A stretch of 64,000 nucleotides of DNA, from assembly GCA_963702435.1 (NCBI GenBank), contig CAVPCR010000006.1:127135-191134 (forward strand). The letters are read 5' to 3'. This DNA is from Candidatus Eiseniibacteriota bacterium. GTDB taxonomy: Bacteria > Eisenbacteria > RBG-16-71-46 > CAVPCR01. Below are positions 61,492-64,000 of the stretch, in pieces (the stretch's first letter is position 1; each line of letters begins with the position of its first letter). Under the pieces are notes generated by a model that ran no database searches, was not told the DNA's origin, and worked only from the letters and a program-made list of their open reading frames with translations. Made by a program: the position numbers and the translations under genes.

Positions 61492-64000
61492 TTAGAACGT
61501 CGCCCCGGCGCCCAGGCGTTCGCGCAGGAACTCGCGACCGCGGTCGAGGGCCGGATCGATGAGCTCGACCGCCTTGCCGCCCGACCCCATCGCCTGGTGC
61601 GGCTTGCCGCCGCCCGTCCCGCCGGCGACCGCCGCCACCTCGCGCACGAGCTCGTCGGCGCGGAGACCGCCTGCGATCACGTCGTCCGTGGCCACCGCCA
61701 GGAACGATACCTTGCCGCCCATCACGGCGGCCAGGATGCCGGCACCCGACCGCAGGCGGTCGCGCAGGTGATCTCCCGCCCGCCGCAGGAGGTCGATCGA
61801 ATCCACATCGATCCTCGCCGCGACGAAGCGGCGCCCTCCCGTGTTTTCGGCTCTCGCGAGCGCTTCCTCCACCTGCTTCTCGACGCCGCCGCCGGCGGTG
61901 CCCTTCATCTTCTGCTTGAGATCGGCGTTCTCCTTGAGCACCGCCTTGAGCCGGTCGGCCACCTGGACCCGCGGCACTCCGAGGATCTGTCCGAGCTCGT
62001 CGAGACGGCCCTCGAGCTCCAGGGTGAGCGCGAGCGCGCCGAGCCCGGTCACCGCCTCGAGCCGGCGCATGCCGGCGCCGACAGCGCCCTCGGCCACGAT
62101 CTTGAACAACCCGATGTCGCCGGTGCCCCGGCAGTGCGTGCCGCCGCACAGCTCGAGCGAGAAGCCCGGGACCCCGATCGTGCGCACCTCGCGCCCGTAC
62201 TTCTCGCCGAAGAGCGCGATGGCCCCCCGCGCTCGCGCCTCGTCATAGGACTGGGTGCGCACGTCGACCGGCGTGTTCTTGAGGATCTCGCGATTCACGA
62301 GCTCCTCGATCGCCGTGCGCTCGGCCGGCGTCACGGCGGCGAAGTGCGTGAAATCGAAGCGCAGGTGCGTGGACGAAACGAGCGATCCGGCCTGCTGCAC
62401 GTGCGTCCCGAGGACGGCGCGGAGCGCGGCATGGAGAAGATGCGTGGCGGTGTGGTTGCGCATGGTCGCGCCGCGCAGGTGCGGATCCACACGGGCGGTG
62501 ACGCGTGCGCGGACGAGATCGGCCGGCCCGCCGGCGAGGAAGCGGCCGCGGTGCACGTGGCTCTTCACGGTCTCCCCGTCGGGGCCGGACACCGCCGCCA
62601 CCGTGTCGGCGACCTGGATCCGGAACCCATCGCCCTCGATCGTGCCCTGATCCCCGACCTGCCCCCCGCTCTCGGCGTAGAAAGGGGTCTCGTCGAGAAC
62701 GACCTCGATCCCCTCCGCCGTCTCCCGGTAGCGGCGAACGGTGGCCTCGAGGATCAGCGTCTCGTAGCCGCGGAACTCCGAATCGGGTCCGTCCGTCACC
62801 TCGGTCCACGGCCCGCCGGCCCCCTCCGCGGCGACCGCATGGAAGCGGTGCGCGCGGCGCGCCCGCTCCCGCTGCTCGGTCATCGCGGTCTCGAATCCCG
62901 GTCGATCGACCGTGAGCCCCTCTTCGCTCGCCATCTCGGCCGTCAGGTCGACGGGAAAGCCGTAGGTGTCGTAGAGCTGGAAGATGTCGGCGCCCGAGAG
63001 CTCGGCCGCCCCGCCGGCGCGGCGCTCGGCGACGATGGCCTGGAAGCGCTCCATGCCCGAGTCGAGCGTGCGGGCGAAGCGTTCCTCCTCCGACTGCGTG
63101 ATGCGGAGGATCGCCTCCTTCATCCCCTCGAGCTCGGGATAGATCGCCCCGTAGTGGCGGATCACGGTCTCGGCGATCCGGTAGAGGAACGGCGCGGCGA
63201 TCCCGAGCTCGCGACCGCGCCGCGCGGCCCGGCGGAGCACGCGGCGGATGACGTAACCGCGCCCCTCGTTCCCCGGCACCACCCCGCCGGCGATGGCGAA
63301 GGCGAGCGCGCGGGCGTGGTCGGCGACGATGCGCACGGCCACCCGGCGCCCGTCGTCGGGCATGGCGGCGAGGGCGGCGAACTCGAGGACGTCGTCCACG
63401 AGCGGGCGGAGGAGGTCGGTCTCGTACGTAGACGGCGCCCCCTGCACGATGAGGGCGAGCCGCTCGAGACCCATGCCGGTGTCGATCCCGGGTCGCGCGA
63501 GCGGCAGCCGCCGCCCGTCGGCGTCCTGGTTGAACTGCGGAAAGACGAGGTTCCAGAACTCGAGGTAGCGATCGCTCTCGCCGAGCGCGCCCTCGCGGCC
63601 GCCGGGATCCGCCGCCGGGCCCACATCCCAGTACAGCTCGCTCGACGGACCGCAGGCCCCGGTCGAGCCGGCCGGTCCCCAGAAGTTGTCCTTGTCCCCG
63701 AGGCGTACGATCCGGCCGGGCAGGAGGTCGGTCTCCGCCTCCCACAGCCGGGCCGCCTCGCCGTCCGATTCGTGCACCGAGACCCAGATGCGATCGCGAT
63801 CGAGCTCGACCACCGTGCGCACGAACTCCCAGGCCCAGGCGATCGCCTCGCGCTTGAAGTAGTCGCCGAAGGAGAAGTTCCCGAGCATCTCGAGGAACGT
63901 GTGATGGCGGATGGTGTGCCCGATCTGGTCGATGTCGGTCGCGCGCAGGCACTTCTGCACCGACACGGCGCGCGTGAACTCTGGGTTCGCAGCGCCGTAG
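61492..64000 (-). CDS. alaS: Alanine--tRNA ligase; N-terminus lies outside the window
   Basis: ...SVQKCLRATDIDQIGHT.RHHTFLEMLGNFSFGDYFK...ELCGGTHC...GGGKP. The frame is open to the window edge. Confidence 0.95.
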   Translation of the reverse strand, partial: YGAANPEFTRAVSVQKCLRATDIDQIGHTIRHHTFLEMLGNFSFGDYFKREAIAWAWEFVRTVVELDRDRIWVSVHESDGEAARLWEAETDLLPGRIVRLGDKDNFWGPAGSTGACGPSSELYWDVGPAADPGGREGALGESDRYLEFWNLVFPQFNQDADGRRLPLARPGIDTGMGLERLALIVQGAPSTYETDLLRPLVDDVLEFAALAAMPDDGRRVAVRIVADHARALAFAIAGGVVPGNEGRGYVIRRVLRRAARRGRELGIAAPFLYRIAETVIRHYGAIYPELEGMKEAILRITQSEEERFARTLDSGMERFQAIVAERRAGGAAELSGADIFQLYDTYGFPVDLTAEMASEEGLTVDRPGFETAMTEQRERARRAHRFHAVAAEGAGGPWTEVTDGPDSEFRGYETLILEATVRRYRETAEGIEVVLDETPFYAESGGQVGDQGTIEGDGFRIQVADTVAAVSGPDGETVKSHVHRGRFLAGGPADLVRARVTARVDPHLRGATMRNHTATHLLHAALRAVLGTHVQQAGSLVSSTHLRFDFTHFAAVTPAERTAIEELVNREILKNTPVDVRTQSYDEARARGAIALFGEKYGREVRTIGVPGFSLELCGGTHCRGTGDIGLFKIVAEGAVGAGMRRLEAVTGLGALALTLELEGRLDELGQILGVPRVQVADRLKAVLKENADLKQKMKGTAGGGVEKQVEEALARAENTGGRRFVAARIDVDSIDLLRRAGDHLRDRLRSGAGILAAVMGGKVSFLAVATDDVIAGGLRADELVREVAAVAGGTGGGKPHQAMGSGGKAVELIDPALDRGREFLRERLGAGATF

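Overview
This is a very GC-rich bacterial chromosomal segment. Third codon positions are almost all G/C, so every frame carries long Arg/Pro/Gly-rich shadow ORFs. The content is mainly housekeeping and cell-envelope genes of a diderm organism, indicated by an Omp85-type barrel, heptose genes, an O-antigen-ligase-like gene and a SurA/PrsA-like PPIase. Most genes lie on the minus strand in tight operons whose neighbours share ATGA/GTGA/TTGA start-stop overlaps.

Recognised blocks, in order:
- Envelope glycan genes: a GT1 fragment, an ATP-grasp::LMW-PTP fusion and an O-antigen-ligase-like gene.
- rnc, then yceD-rpmF-fabD-fabG-acpP-fabF with no plsX or fabH.
- ndk, sucCD, a cyclic-2,3-diphosphoglycerate-synthetase-like P-loop gene, hldA/hldC and radC.
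- A 1034-aa peptidase/PD40/beta-barrel fusion, a split CaCA exchanger, era-ftsY, algH and smc.
- A degenerate-kinase/repeat/SPOR protein, selA, a complete liv ABC operon and a double Amidase_3 lipoprotein.
- rhodanese-MauE-multihaem cytochrome, then gamma-CA, a DUF151 nuclease and a PPIase.
- rplI-DUF2232-rpsR-rpsF-pth-rplY-prs, tRNA-Gln(UUG), spoVG and ispE.
- A UbiA(DPPR-synthase-like)/unknown membrane protein/EamA/gmhA/rmlD-like/rmlA-like operon, and alaS (partial).

The most unusual locus is 42.6-45.1 kb. An in-frame TGA in a Cys-Gly-TGA triad joins a signal peptide to a degenerate 5'-nucleotidase-like domain plus four CxxCH haem sites. A bulged hairpin follows the TGA, and selA sits in the same window, so this is a candidate selenoprotein. 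It is translationally chained to a rhodanese and a MauE/DoxX membrane protein.

The second theme is about 10 small indels that break conserved genes (sucD x2, livM x2, livG, livF, era, the SPOR protein, possibly CaCA). Most sit at short homopolymers or inside tandem repeats, so consensus error is more likely than true pseudogenisation.

I saw no rRNA, CRISPR array or recognisable mobile element. All calls are by-eye motif recognition; no searches were run.
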